From: Thermodesulfobacterium commune DSM 2178
GTDB taxonomy: Bacteria > Desulfobacterota > Thermodesulfobacteria > Thermodesulfobacteriales > Thermodesulfobacteriaceae
Direction of reading: 5' to 3'
Length of the DNA: 32,000 nt
NCBI RefSeq assembly: GCF_000734015.1
Contig: NZ_CP008796.1
Span: forward strand, 1,170,001-1,202,000
The position numbers were made by a program, and so were the translations under genes. Of this stretch, positions 9,287 to 18,801 are shown in pieces; the first letter of the stretch is position 1; each line of letters begins with the position of its first letter. Under the pieces are notes generated by a model. It saw only the letters and a program-made list of their open reading frames with translations, was not told where the DNA came from and did no database searches.

Positions 9287-12029
9287 CTTTAACCCCCTCT
9301 TCTAAGTTTCTACCACAGCATTTTTTATACTTCTTACCACTCCCGCAGGGGCAAGGATCATTTCTTCCGACCTTGTGCACCTTAACCGGCTGAGGTTTTT
9401 CAGAGGTCTCTTTTTCTTCAAACACGTCTTCTCTTTTATATTCTAACTTCTGAGTATCTACTTCTTCCTCTAACTCAAGGACCTCCTCTATCTCTTTTGC
9501 CTCTTTTATCTCCACCCTGAAAAGATAGGAAAGGGTGGTTTCTCTTATCTTTCTCATAAGTTCTACAAAAAGATGAAAGGCCTCTTTTTTATATTCCTGA
9601 AGCGGGTTTTTCTGCCCATACCCTCTTAAGCCTACGCTATCTCTGAGATGGTCAAGCATGAGTAAATGTTCTCTCCAAAGGGTATCGATGGTGTTTAGTA
9701 AGAAATACTTCTCGATAGCCCGCATGTTATCAGGACCTATGACCTTTTCTTTATTTTCGTAAACCTCTAACAGGGTGTTCTTTAAAAACTCTAAAACTTT
9801 GTCCTTTGAGTGTTTACCTTCAGCAAAGGCTACGTTAAAGGCAAAAATCTCTTTTATTCTTTCTACCAGACCTTGCAAATCTTCCTGGGTAAGTTCCTTC
9901 CTTTCTAAAAATGTGTCTTCTACAAGCTCCTGCAAAGTTTCTTCTATCATAGATACTATCCAGCCTTTTACCGAATCACTTTTCAAAACCTCTTTTCTCT
10001 GAGCATAGATGGTCTCTCTTTGCTGGTTCATCACGTCATCATACTCAAGGAGATGCTTTCTTATCTCAAAGTGATAGGCTTCTACCTTTTTCTGAGCTTG
10101 TTCTATAGCCCTTGACAACCAGGGATGCTCTAAAGCCTCACCCTCAGGAAGGCCTATTTTTTCCATAAGGCCTTTTAGTTTATCTGACCCAAAAAGCCTT
10201 AAAAGGTCATCTTCAAGCGATAAGAAAAATCTGGATGCCCCTGGGTCACCCTGTCTTCCTGCCCTACCTCTTAACTGGTTGTCAACCCTTCTTGATTCAT
10301 GCCTTTCTGTACCTATAATATAAAGTCCACCAAGTGCTCTTACCTTTTCTGCGTCTCTCTGGCACTCAAGATATTTTTCATAAAGCACCTTAGCCCAGTA
10401 ATCCTTATACTTTTCTGTTGGATCTAAGCCCTGTTTTGCCATGGCCAGAACTTCGTTCCAGGCCCTTTCGTCTATCTCAGAAAGGTCATAGCCTTCAGCC
10501 TCAAGCTGAGCCTTAGCAAGCCCTTCAGGATTACCACCTAAAAGGATGTCTACCCCTCTACCAGCCATGTTGGTTGCGATGGTAACTGCATAGGATCTTC
10601 CTGCCTGAGCGATGATAGCTGCCTCTTTTTCATGATGTTTGGCATTAAGCACCTGATGAGGAATCTTCCTTTTCTTTAACATCTTAGATAAAAGCTCGCT
10701 TTTCTCTATGCTGGTAGTACCAACAAGCACCGGTCTTCCTTGCTTGTAGGCGTTTTCTATCTCTTCTACTACCTTTTCAAACTTTTCCTTCTGTGTCCTG
10801 AAAACCACATCTGGATAGTCAATCCTTATCATCGGTTTGTTGGTAGGGATAACCACCACGTCAAGGTTGTAGATCTGTTTAAACTCTGCCGCTTCGGTTT
10901 CAGCCGTTCCGGTCATTCCTGCAAGTTTTTCATACATCCTGAAATAGTTTTGGATGGTAATCATCGCCAAAGTCTGGTTTTCTGCCTCTATCCTTACCCG
11001 CTCTTTTGCCTCTATAGCCTGATGAAGCCCATCACTCCATCTTCTTCCTGGCATGAGCCTTCCTGTAAACTCATCCACGATGATGATCTTTCCATCCTTC
11101 ACCACATAGTCTACGTCTCTTTTAAACAGATGATGAGCCCTTAAGGCCTGATGGATATGATGGACTAACCTAACATAACGAGGGTTGTAAAGGTTCTTTA
11201 TACCCAAAAGTTTTTCACATTCAGCAATCCCTTCTTCAGTTAGGGTAGCATTTTTGGTCTTTTCATCTACCGTAAAATGTATGTCCTTTTTCAGCTTTCT
11301 TACGATTTCGTCTACAAAATAATAGATATCGGTAGATTCTTCAGAAGGTCCTGAGATGATAAGAGGGGTTCTTGCCTCGTCTATAAGGATTGAGTCTACC
11401 TCGTCTATGATGGCATAATGATGACCTCTTTGCACCATATCGTCTAAAGAATACTTCATGTTGTCTCTCAGGTAGTCAAAACCAAACTCGCTGTTAGTTC
11501 CATAGGTAATGTCGCACTGATAGGCTTTTTTCCGTTCTTCATCATCCATCTGGTTCTGTAAATACCCTACAGTTAAACCTAAAAATCTATAAACCGGACC
11601 CATCCACTCAGCGTCTCTTTTAGCAAGATAGTCATTTACGGTAACGATGTGAACGCCTTTTCCTGTCAAGGCGTTAAGATAGGCAGGAAGGGTGGCAACT
11701 AAGGTCTTTCCTTCTCCTGTTTTCATCTCAGCAATTTTACCCTGATGTAAAACCACACCTCCGATAAGCTGCACATCAAAGTGTCTCATCCCTAAAACCC
11801 TTCTTGCAGCCTCTCTCACCACCGCAAAGGCCTCAGGCAAAAGGTCGTCTAAACTTGCCCCGTTTTCTAATCTCTGTTTAAACTCTATGGTTTTTTGAGA
11901 AAGTGCCTCGTCAGAAAGTTTTCTGATTTCAGGTTCTAAGCTGTTTATCTTTTCAACGATAGGCCTTATCTTCTTTAACTCTCTTTCGTTTTTTGTCCCA
12001 ACAATCTTGGACAAAAGCTTGGTAATCAT
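9273..12029 (-). CDS. secA: Preprotein translocase ATPase SecA
   Basis: 918 aa with MKTGEGKTL Walker A, the [23 protein letters not shown]-like motif, [10 protein letters not shown], and the C-terminal zinc motif [27 protein letters not shown] upstream. Confidence 0.97.
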   Translation of the reverse strand: MITKLLSKIVGTKNERELKKIRPIVEKINSLEPEIRKLSDEALSQKTIEFKQRLENGASLDDLLPEAFAVVREAARRVLGMRHFDVQLIGGVVLHQGKIAEMKTGEGKTLVATLPAYLNALTGKGVHIVTVNDYLAKRDAEWMGPVYRFLGLTVGYLQNQMDDEERKKAYQCDITYGTNSEFGFDYLRDNMKYSLDDMVQRGHHYAIIDEVDSILIDEARTPLIISGPSEESTDIYYFVDEIVRKLKKDIHFTVDEKTKNATLTEEGIAECEKLLGIKNLYNPRYVRLVHHIHQALRAHHLFKRDVDYVVKDGKIIIVDEFTGRLMPGRRWSDGLHQAIEAKERVRIEAENQTLAMITIQNYFRMYEKLAGMTGTAETEAAEFKQIYNLDVVVIPTNKPMIRIDYPDVVFRTQKEKFEKVVEEIENAYKQGRPVLVGTTSIEKSELLSKMLKKRKIPHQVLNAKHHEKEAAIIAQAGRSYAVTIATNMAGRGVDILLGGNPEGLAKAQLEAEGYDLSEIDERAWNEVLAMAKQGLDPTEKYKDYWAKVLYEKYLECQRDAEKVRALGGLYIIGTERHESRRVDNQLRGRAGRQGDPGASRFFLSLEDDLLRLFGSDKLKGLMEKIGLPEGEALEHPWLSRAIEQAQKKVEAYHFEIRKHLLEYDDVMNQQRETIYAQRKEVLKSDSVKGWIVSMIEETLQELVEDTFLERKELTQEDLQGLVERIKEIFAFNVAFAEGKHSKDKVLEFLKNTLLEVYENKEKVIGPDNMRAIEKYFLLNTIDTLWREHLLMLDHLRDSVGLRGYGQKNPLQEYKKEAFHLFVELMRKIRETTLSYLFRVEIKEAKEIEEVLELEEEVDTQKLEYKREDVFEEKETSEKPQPVKVHKVGRNDPCPCGSGKKYKKCCGRNLEEGVKDEMS

Positions 12030-12170
12030 CGGCTTATCTTTCCTCCCTGCAAATTTATGTTCGTGTATAAGTATCGTGTTTTAAATTTAATACCTTTTAA
12101 GCATAAAACAACCACCTTACTAAACCCGCACTTATATGCTATATTGAAGAAAGTTATCTCGAGAGAAGCC

Positions 12171-13343
12171 ATGATAAAAATAAAAGAAAACATCGAAGAT
12201 TTTATCGTATCAGAGGTTGCAGAAATCTTCCCAGAGGGGAAAGGGGAATATTCTTTATACTTGCTAAAAAAATACAACGTTTCTACCTGGGATGCCTTAG
12301 GAAAAATAGCCAAGCTCATCAGAATTCCGATGGATTCTATAGGGTTTGGAGGGCTAAAGGATAAAAAAGCCATAGCCCAGCAGTTTATAACCATCAAAAA
12401 CGGTCCCAAAAAAGACATAAAAACCAGGGAATTTGAACTGACTTATTTAGGCCAAACCAACAAACCCATGTCCAAAAACCTTCTCTTAGGGAATCGCTTT
12501 GAGATAAGGGTAAAAAACTTCCCGATTGACCCTAAGAGATTAGACCAAGAAGTTAAACTTATCCAGACCTATGGGATAGCCAACTATTTTGACGACCAGA
12601 GATTTGGTTCAGTCAAATCCTCTAAGGAGTTTGCTGCAAAAGAGATCATCAAAGGAAACTACGAAAGGGCACTTTATCTTATGCTTGCTGAGGCAAGCCC
12701 CTCAGAGATAGAAAAAACTAGAAAACTTAGAGACTGCCTAAAAAAACACTGGAGAGATTTTAAAAGGTGTATAGAGTTTGCCCATCTATCCTGGGAAAAA
12801 AACTTGCTTAAATTTTTGTCAGAGCATAAACCCTCTAAACGAACCTTTAAAAGGGCTTTAAACCTGGTAGACCGGGAATACCTGTTTTTCTTAGGTAATG
12901 CCTACCAGAGCTATCTCTGGAACGAGATATTAAAAGAGATATTGCAAGAGTTAGGCCTAAACCACTTTAAAGCCTCCTATCTGTTAGGGGAGTTTTTCTT
13001 TTACCGCGAGGTTAATGAGGAGCAATGGAAAACTCTCAAAAACTTAAAACTTCCCCTTCCCTCTCCTAAACTGCGCCTTGAGTTAAACCACTCCCCTCTT
13101 GATCTCACAAGATTTTATGACAAGGTCTGTCAAAAAGAGGGATTTACAGACCTAACTCAGTTGAGAAGTTTTATCAAAGGTATGGTTTTTAAAACCTATC
13201 CCCGTCCGGCGGTTCTCTTTCCAGAGAACTTAGTCTGGGAAAAGATAAGTGATCAGGAGGTTAAGTTTATCTTCTTTTTAGAAAAAGGTTCTTATGCAAC
13301 CCTGGTGGTGAAGAGGCTTTTTTATGGTTGTACGCATTCCTAA
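12171..13343 (+). CDS. truD: tRNA pseudouridine(13) synthase TruD
   Basis: GFGGLKDKKAIAQQ catalytic-Asp motif, YFDDQRFG block, and a MIKIKENIEDFIV N-terminus typical of TruD. The ORF-track start at 12057 would add 38 non-conserved residues, so I prefer the ATG at 12171. Confidence 0.85.
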   Translation: MIKIKENIEDFIVSEVAEIFPEGKGEYSLYLLKKYNVSTWDALGKIAKLIRIPMDSIGFGGLKDKKAIAQQFITIKNGPKKDIKTREFELTYLGQTNKPMSKNLLLGNRFEIRVKNFPIDPKRLDQEVKLIQTYGIANYFDDQRFGSVKSSKEFAAKEIIKGNYERALYLMLAEASPSEIEKTRKLRDCLKKHWRDFKRCIEFAHLSWEKNLLKFLSEHKPSKRTFKRALNLVDREYLFFLGNAYQSYLWNEILKEILQELGLNHFKASYLLGEFFFYREVNEEQWKTLKNLKLPLPSPKLRLELNHSPLDLTRFYDKVCQKEGFTDLTQLRSFIKGMVFKTYPRPAVLFPENLVWEKISDQEVKFIFFLEKGSYATLVVKRLFYGCTHS

Positions 13344-14289
13344 CTGGTTAGGGGATGCCCTGATGGCAACCCCTGTTTACTACAACCTCAGTCAAAAGAC
13401 CAAAATCTATCTTTTTGGTCCACAACCTCTTGTAAACCTTTTTAAGTTCTTCCCAAACGTAAGCCTTCTACCTTATGAAAAAGGTAACACCTCGCAAAAC
13501 CTTGAAACTCTAAAACCCTTTAAAAACGAAACAGGGCTTCTTTTAACCAACTCTTTTTCCTCAGCCTGGTTGTTTTTTAGGGCAGGGCTTAAAGAAAGAT
13601 GGGGTTATGCCAAGGACTTAAGAAGTTTTTTACTAACTAAGGCCATAAAACCACCTAAACAAAAGCTCCATCAAAGGGACTACTATCTATACCTTTTAAA
13701 AACCTTGGGTCTTCCTTGTGAGTATAAAGACCTTGTCTTACCTCTGGGAGAAGAGGCTATCGAAAAAGCAAAAACCCTCTTAAAACCTACAGGAGAAAAT
13801 CCCTTTGTGATCCTTGCACCTGGTGCAGCCTATGGGCAAGCCAAGATGTGGCCTAAGGAATATTATAAGAGTCTTGCCTCAAGGCTGGTTAAACAAGGGT
13901 TTGTTGTGGTAATTGCAGGTGGAGAAAAAGAAAAAGAGGTAGGTGAGTTTATCAAGAAAGATTTGCAAGGAGTATACAACCTTTGTGGCAAAACTGACTT
14001 AATAGCAGTTGCAGGCATGTTTGTGTTAGCTAAAGCGGTGGTTTCTAACGACTCAGGGCTTATGCACCTTGCTGCAGCCTTAAGGATACCTCAAGTTGCC
14101 ATCTTTGGCTCAACAGATCCCCAAAAAACAGGGCCTCTAAACCCAAAGGCTATCGTATTACACCATAAAATACCTTGCAATCCCTGTTTTAAAAGAACCT
14201 GCCCGTATAACCACTATGAGTGTTTAAGATCTATTTCAGTAGATGAGGTGTTTAAAGCCTTAGATAAAATTTTTGGCATAAAAAATTAG
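13324..14289 (+). CDS. waaF: LPS heptosyltransferase (GT9, WaaF/RfaF-like)
   Basis: N-terminal RIPNWLGDALMATP, central PGAAYGQAKMWP, and C-terminal SNDSGLMHLAAAL...FGSTDP blocks typical of ADP-heptose:LPS heptosyltransferases. Confidence 0.75.
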   Translation: MVVRIPNWLGDALMATPVYYNLSQKTKIYLFGPQPLVNLFKFFPNVSLLPYEKGNTSQNLETLKPFKNETGLLLTNSFSSAWLFFRAGLKERWGYAKDLRSFLLTKAIKPPKQKLHQRDYYLYLLKTLGLPCEYKDLVLPLGEEAIEKAKTLLKPTGENPFVILAPGAAYGQAKMWPKEYYKSLASRLVKQGFVVVIAGGEKEKEVGEFIKKDLQGVYNLCGKTDLIAVAGMFVLAKAVVSNDSGLMHLAAALRIPQVAIFGSTDPQKTGPLNPKAIVLHHKIPCNPCFKRTCPYNHYECLRSISVDEVFKALDKIFGIKN

Positions 14290-14325
14290 TTTTGAATACA
14301 AGTTTTGATTACGCGGTTTTTTGGT

Positions 14326-15402
14326 TTACTTAGAGCGGTTTTTAAACAAAGGTTGAAACTTAAACTTGACGATTTTAAAGTAAACCCAAAGGTATAGAAA
14401 AACAAAAAACAGAAAAAACAAAATGAGAACCAGGGTATGTTTCCAGAAAAAGATGGCTGGTAGATAGCAAATAAAGTGGATAATCCAGATAAGAAGGGCT
14501 GTTTGAGCGTTTTTAAGTAATCTTTCGGATTCATCTCCTAAAAAGATTTGGGTTACCCTTTTATAAATCAACGTATGAAAATGAAAAGGATCTGGCTGAA
14601 AAGGAGAAGAACCTCTTAGAAATTTTCTTCTATATGCAGAAAAAAGGGTTTCCCAGACAGGGTAGGCACAGAGAAGGAAAGGAAACCATGGGGAGACATC
14701 AGGATATCGATCAACCATAAGGACAGCAAGCAAGGCATTAGCAAACCCAAGAAGATAAGCCCCGCAATCCCCAAGAAAAATCAACCCAAAAGGATAGTTC
14801 CAGAGAAAAAACCCTAAGGTGGCTGCAAAAAAGCCTAAGCTAAGATAGAGGAGAAAAAAATCGTTGTGTAGAAAAGAAACATAAGCATAAGCCAAAAAAT
14901 TCATCAAGGCAACCCCTGAGGCAAGTCCGTTAAACCCATCTATGATGTTAAAACTATGGGCAACCCCTGCTACAGCAAAAACGGTAAAAACATAGCTTAC
15001 AAAAGCTATTTTTAAAAGCTCGTCAAAAAAAGGAAGGTCAACCCTTGGAACAGAGGTAGATAACAAGACGATAACCAAGGCCCCAGAAATAAAACCGGCA
15101 AAAAGTCTAACTTTAGGAGAGACCTTTTTAGTCAAGTCTTCAAGAAATCCTGCGAAAACCACAGGAAAGGCAGATATCAGGACTTTTAAGTAGTCTAAGG
15201 TAAAATCTTTATTACCATAAAAAAAGGCAAAGCCTAAAAAGACGAGGCTCAAATAAATGGCAACCCCACCAACTCTTGGCACAGGCCGACAGTGAAACTT
15301 CTGAACCCCACAGGTAGGGTCAAAACCAATAGGGAATCGGATAAGAAATAAAGAAACTAAAAAACTAGCAAAAAAAACTAAAATCAAATAAGACATACCC
15401 AC
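14326..15402 (-). CDS. Polyprenyl-phosphate HexNAc-1-phosphate transferase (MraY/WecA family), initiating transferase
   Basis: About 10 TM segments with the NIIDGFNGLASG motif of the MraY/WecA/WbpL family. The second ATG at 15396 may be the real start. Confidence 0.75.
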   Translation of the reverse strand: MGMSYLILVFFASFLVSLFLIRFPIGFDPTCGVQKFHCRPVPRVGGVAIYLSLVFLGFAFFYGNKDFTLDYLKVLISAFPVVFAGFLEDLTKKVSPKVRLFAGFISGALVIVLLSTSVPRVDLPFFDELLKIAFVSYVFTVFAVAGVAHSFNIIDGFNGLASGVALMNFLAYAYVSFLHNDFFLLYLSLGFFAATLGFFLWNYPFGLIFLGDCGAYLLGFANALLAVLMVDRYPDVSPWFPFLLCAYPVWETLFSAYRRKFLRGSSPFQPDPFHFHTLIYKRVTQIFLGDESERLLKNAQTALLIWIIHFICYLPAIFFWKHTLVLILFFLFFVFLYLWVYFKIVKFKFQPLFKNRSK

Positions 15403-15430
15403 ATTTTACCAAAAAATTCAATTAAAACAA
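15403..15430 (-). promoter_or_regulatory. Candidate extended -10 promoter giving a leaderless wecA-like mRNA
   Basis: On the minus strand: TTGTTT, 16 nt including TGg, then TAAAAT (15408-15403), then 6 nt and the ATG at 15396. No usable Shine-Dalgarno spacing is present. Confidence 0.3.
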
Positions 15431-15573
15431 AGCAAATTAAACAATAAACTGTCTCTAAAAAAACTTTTCTCAAAACCCATAAAGTCTATTGGTTGTTTAC
15501 AGGTTTCTTACAATAGCTATGGCTTCAAGATAATCTCTTGGACAACCCTTTAATCTTACTACCAGAAAAATAC

Positions 15574-16986
15574 TTAACCCTTCCTGCCATAAATATCATC
15601 ATATCTTATAATATCGTCTTCACCAACATATTCTCCAACCTGGACCTCTATAATTTCAAGTGGTACCTTACCAGGGTTCTCGAGTCTATGAGGTGTCAAT
15701 TTTGGTACAAAAGCTGATTCATTTTCACGTATGAAGATCTCTTTATCTCCTATTGTCACCTTTGCGATACCTTTTATAACCACCCAGTGTTCCGAACGGT
15801 GATAGTGCATCTGTAGACTTAATTTTTCCTGTGGATTTACCACTATACGTTTAACCTTATATCGTGGCCCATCTTCCAAAACTGTATAGCTTCCCCATGG
15901 TCTGTAGACTGTAACGTGTTCTTCAACTTCCTTCCTCGAACGTTGTTTAAGCATGTTCACTATGTCTTTTACCTTCTGCGCTTCTCCTCTCCTTGCTATC
16001 ATGATAACATCATCTGTTTCGACCACGATACAATCTTCCAATCCTATAGTAGAAATCAATCTTTTGTTGCTAATTATAAGAGTATTTTTGGTATTAAGGG
16101 TTAGAGTATCACCTATTTTAATGTTTCCAAAAGCATCTTTATCAAACAAATCACATAAGGAATCCCACGATCCTATATCATTCCAGTATATATCCATAGG
16201 CAACGTTACAACTCTACTGGATTTCTCCATGATAGCATAGTCTATCGATATGTCAGGCATCTTGACAAACTTTGCTAACACGCTGTCAAAGTTCAAACTA
16301 AGAAGCTCGCTTATTTCAGGTGTATATCGCTTAAATTCTTCCATCATCACCCCTATACTAAAAGCAAACATTCCAGAGTTCCAGTAGTAATCACCTTGGT
16401 CTATGTATTTATTTGCAGTCTCTTTATCGGGCTTTTCTGTAAACCTTTCTACCTTGTAACATTCAATTCCATTACATAGGATCTTAAGCCTATCACCTGT
16501 TTTAATGTATCCATATCCTGTTTCAGGCCTATCAGGTTTTATCCCAAATGTAACTATATAACCTTCTTTTGCAATTTCCTCTACATTTCTTAGATATTCA
16601 ACAAATCTCTCAACAGGCCTGACAATATGGTCAGACGGACAAACGAATACTACCTCATCTTCAGAACATCCAAGCCTTTCAATACAATACTTAATGCCAA
16701 TAGCTATTGCAGGTGCAGTATTTCTGCTTATAGGTTCTAAAATAAGGTTAAACTTAGAAGACTTAGGTAAAGTTAAAACTTTTAAATCTGATAAAACATG
16801 AAATTCATATTCTTTGTTTGTTATTATAATCATGTCTTCGACAGACACAAACCTTAGAAGCCTTTCAACTGTCTGTTGTAAAAGAGAACTATTTCTGTTT
16901 AATTTTAGGAATTGCTTTGGATAGTTCTTTCTAGATAATGGCCAAAGTCTTGTACCACTTCCACCTGCAAGGATTATCACCTTCAT
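15574..16986 (-). CDS. manC: Bifunctional mannose-1-phosphate guanylyltransferase / mannose-6-phosphate isomerase
   Basis: N-terminal ILAGGSGTRLWPLSR nucleotidyltransferase motif. C-terminal cupin domain with the QMHYHRSEHWVV and PHRLENPG blocks. 470 aa, with an AGGAGGAGG RBS. Confidence 0.9.
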   Translation of the reverse strand: MKVIILAGGSGTRLWPLSRKNYPKQFLKLNRNSSLLQQTVERLLRFVSVEDMIIITNKEYEFHVLSDLKVLTLPKSSKFNLILEPISRNTAPAIAIGIKYCIERLGCSEDEVVFVCPSDHIVRPVERFVEYLRNVEEIAKEGYIVTFGIKPDRPETGYGYIKTGDRLKILCNGIECYKVERFTEKPDKETANKYIDQGDYYWNSGMFAFSIGVMMEEFKRYTPEISELLSLNFDSVLAKFVKMPDISIDYAIMEKSSRVVTLPMDIYWNDIGSWDSLCDLFDKDAFGNIKIGDTLTLNTKNTLIISNKRLISTIGLEDCIVVETDDVIMIARRGEAQKVKDIVNMLKQRSRKEVEEHVTVYRPWGSYTVLEDGPRYKVKRIVVNPQEKLSLQMHYHRSEHWVVIKGIAKVTIGDKEIFIRENESAFVPKLTPHRLENPGKVPLEIIEVQVGEYVGEDDIIRYDDIYGRKG

Positions 16987-17098
16987 ATGCCTTGTCCTCC
17001 TCCTTTTCTTTAAAAGTATATTCTTTTCTAAAAACTATACAGTCTAACAATTCCAAATCACCGTAAAGGAAACTAAAATTTACATCTTAAAGATTATG

Positions 17099-17860
17099 TT
17101 AAGACTTAACCTTTCTCATGTTAGCCCACCACTCAAGCACAAATGCAAGAAACACACCAAGAAAAAGAGCACTCACTGCAGAAACAGCTATAATCAACTT
17201 CCTTTTAGGTTTTACTGGCTGGTCAAAATATGTAGGCTTTTCAATTATATTTAAAACAAAAAAGTTGTATTCCCTGTTTTTATCTGGATTTTTAATAAAC
17301 GTAGTTTTATAGTTTTCTGAAACTCTTTTTAACTCCCTGTCCAGCTCCTCCACCGCAGCCGATACAATATCTTTTGCAATTTTTTTATCCTGATGAATAG
17401 CTGTAATCATAATAGACTGAGTCTTTGGGTCAACCTTTGATTGTAATATTTTTTCTAAATCTTCTTCATCTATGTTATCAAGTCCTATTTTTTTTAGACT
17501 GCCATAGGAGCTCTCTAAAATTTTTAAAACATTTTTTTTAAATTCTATACTATTTAGTATAGAAAGAGCTAAATTATTTGCGTTTGGCGGTGAGTTTGGT
17601 AGACTAAGAAAAACATTTTTAGGCTCCGTTGACTGAACTGTTTGCAAACTCTGTATCAAAGCTGGTGTTAAAAATGAATCTACCCAAACAGTAGCCCTTG
17701 CCTGATATATATTGGGCATTAAAAACACTGCAATCGTTGCAATTACAACCGAAGCAAAAACAACAGCTCCTATCAATTTAGCTCTTTTCTTTAAAACAAG
17801 TAAAAGCTCATAAAGATCAATTTCATCTTTACAGGTCTCTTTAACAACTTTTTCTTCCAC
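17099..17860 (-). CDS. wzz: Polysaccharide chain-length determinant (Wzz-like, short form)
   Basis: The N-terminal DEIDLYELLLVLKKR plus a TM segment is typical of the Wzz N-terminus. A soluble middle region is followed by a C-terminal TM segment (IIAVSAVSALFLGVFLAFVLEWW). GTG start at 17860, preceded by GGGAGG. Confidence 0.65.
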   Translation of the reverse strand: MEEKVVKETCKDEIDLYELLLVLKKRAKLIGAVVFASVVIATIAVFLMPNIYQARATVWVDSFLTPALIQSLQTVQSTEPKNVFLSLPNSPPNANNLALSILNSIEFKKNVLKILESSYGSLKKIGLDNIDEEDLEKILQSKVDPKTQSIMITAIHQDKKIAKDIVSAAVEELDRELKRVSENYKTTFIKNPDKNREYNFFVLNIIEKPTYFDQPVKPKRKLIIAVSAVSALFLGVFLAFVLEWWANMRKVKS

Positions 17861-17885
17861 TTTTAATACCTCCCAATTTAAAACT

Positions 17886-18131
17886 TTATTTAAAAAATTT
17901 TGTCATAAAACCTCTTCCTATACCTCTTTGGTTGGTCAAAATTATAATTTTTCCGAATACTTCTCTTAATATCTTCATCGCTTCGATAACACCAGGTAAA
18001 AACTCAAACTGTTCCCATCTTCTAACGTAATCATTTTCTATTTTCTTGTTTAAAACTCCATCTCTATCTAAAAACAAAGTCCAGCTTTTGTCAAAGTGAA
18101 AGTTTTTCAAATTCATTTTTTGCTTTTTCAT
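17886..18131 (-). pseudogene. gmhB: Truncated D-glycero-D-manno-heptose 1,7-bisphosphate phosphatase (HAD family), N-terminal 81 codons only
   Basis: HAD motif I FLDRDGVLN and motif II TNQRGIGRG are present. The ORF then stops after GFMTKFFK, 25 nt before the wzz start, so the K and DD motifs are absent. Confidence 0.7.
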
Positions 18132-18798
18132 AGTCCTCAGGGATTCCTATATCAATAAAATAAGCATCTGAAACATATCCGTAAAAATCAAAATCTTTAT
18201 AAAACTTTTGGAGAAAATCTTTTTCAAACGAAAATTTATATGGTAGATTTTGAGATAAAAAAAACTCTTTATTAATAATGTAGATACCACCGTTTATCAA
18301 AGTTTTATCTTTTTTTATACCCTTTTCGTAGAATGATCTTATCTTGCTTTTTTCATCAATTTCTACACTTCCATATCTTTCTGGATTTAATATTTCTTTT
18401 AAGGCTATGGTAACGAATGATTTTTTTGATTTATGAAAGCGGTAAAAATCTCTTAAATCTACTAAAAAAATAGTATCTCCATTTAAAACAAAAACATCTT
18501 TAGAATTAATCAAATTTAAACTCTTTTTGATAGCTCCTCCAGTACCTAACGGCTTTTCTTCTATGGAATATTTTAAACCTAAATTTAAAAACGAGTTTCC
18601 GAAATAATTTATTATCGATTCATGTTTATAACCTACAGATAAAACCACATTTTTGATTTCCATATGTGACAAATATTTTAAAACATATTCAAGAAAGGGT
18701 TTGCCATTTATATCAGCCATGGGCTTTGGAATATCTTTAATAACATTTCTTAATCTTGTTCCAAGTCCACCAGCAAGGACTATTGCTTCCTTGACCAT
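18091..18798 (-). CDS. hddC: Sugar-phosphate nucleotidyltransferase, probable D-glycero-alpha-D-manno-heptose-1-phosphate guanylyltransferase
   Basis: AIVLAGGLGTRLRNVIKDIPKPM motif, about 235 aa, immediately downstream of the hddA-like kinase and overlapping the gmhB remnant by 41 nt. Confidence 0.6.
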   Translation of the reverse strand: MVKEAIVLAGGLGTRLRNVIKDIPKPMADINGKPFLEYVLKYLSHMEIKNVVLSVGYKHESIINYFGNSFLNLGLKYSIEEKPLGTGGAIKKSLNLINSKDVFVLNGDTIFLVDLRDFYRFHKSKKSFVTIALKEILNPERYGSVEIDEKSKIRSFYEKGIKKDKTLINGGIYIINKEFFLSQNLPYKFSFEKDFLQKFYKDFDFYGYVSDAYFIDIGIPEDYEKAKNEFEKLSL

Positions 18799-18801
18799 TG
18801 T

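Noticed and set aside
9775-11144. Plus-strand ORFs 9775-10002 and 10740-11144 antisense to secA
   Set aside because: They lie entirely within secA and have no motifs; these are typical shadow ORFs.
12026-12418. 130-aa minus-strand ORF overlapping the secA start region and the truD 5' end
   Set aside because: It is antisense to the conserved TruD N-terminus, its hydrophobic low-complexity translation is uninformative, and it would also overlap the secA promoter region.
14286-14534. 82-aa minus-strand ORF overlapping the wecA-like 3' end
   Set aside because: It is an alternative frame of the wecA-like gene tail. The wecA-like frame carries the family motifs.
15916-16240. Plus-strand ORFs antisense to manC, plus 17118-17312, 18653-18841, 19916-20137 and 20922-21116 antisense to polysaccharide genes
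   Set aside because: These are shadow ORFs within well-supported minus-strand genes.
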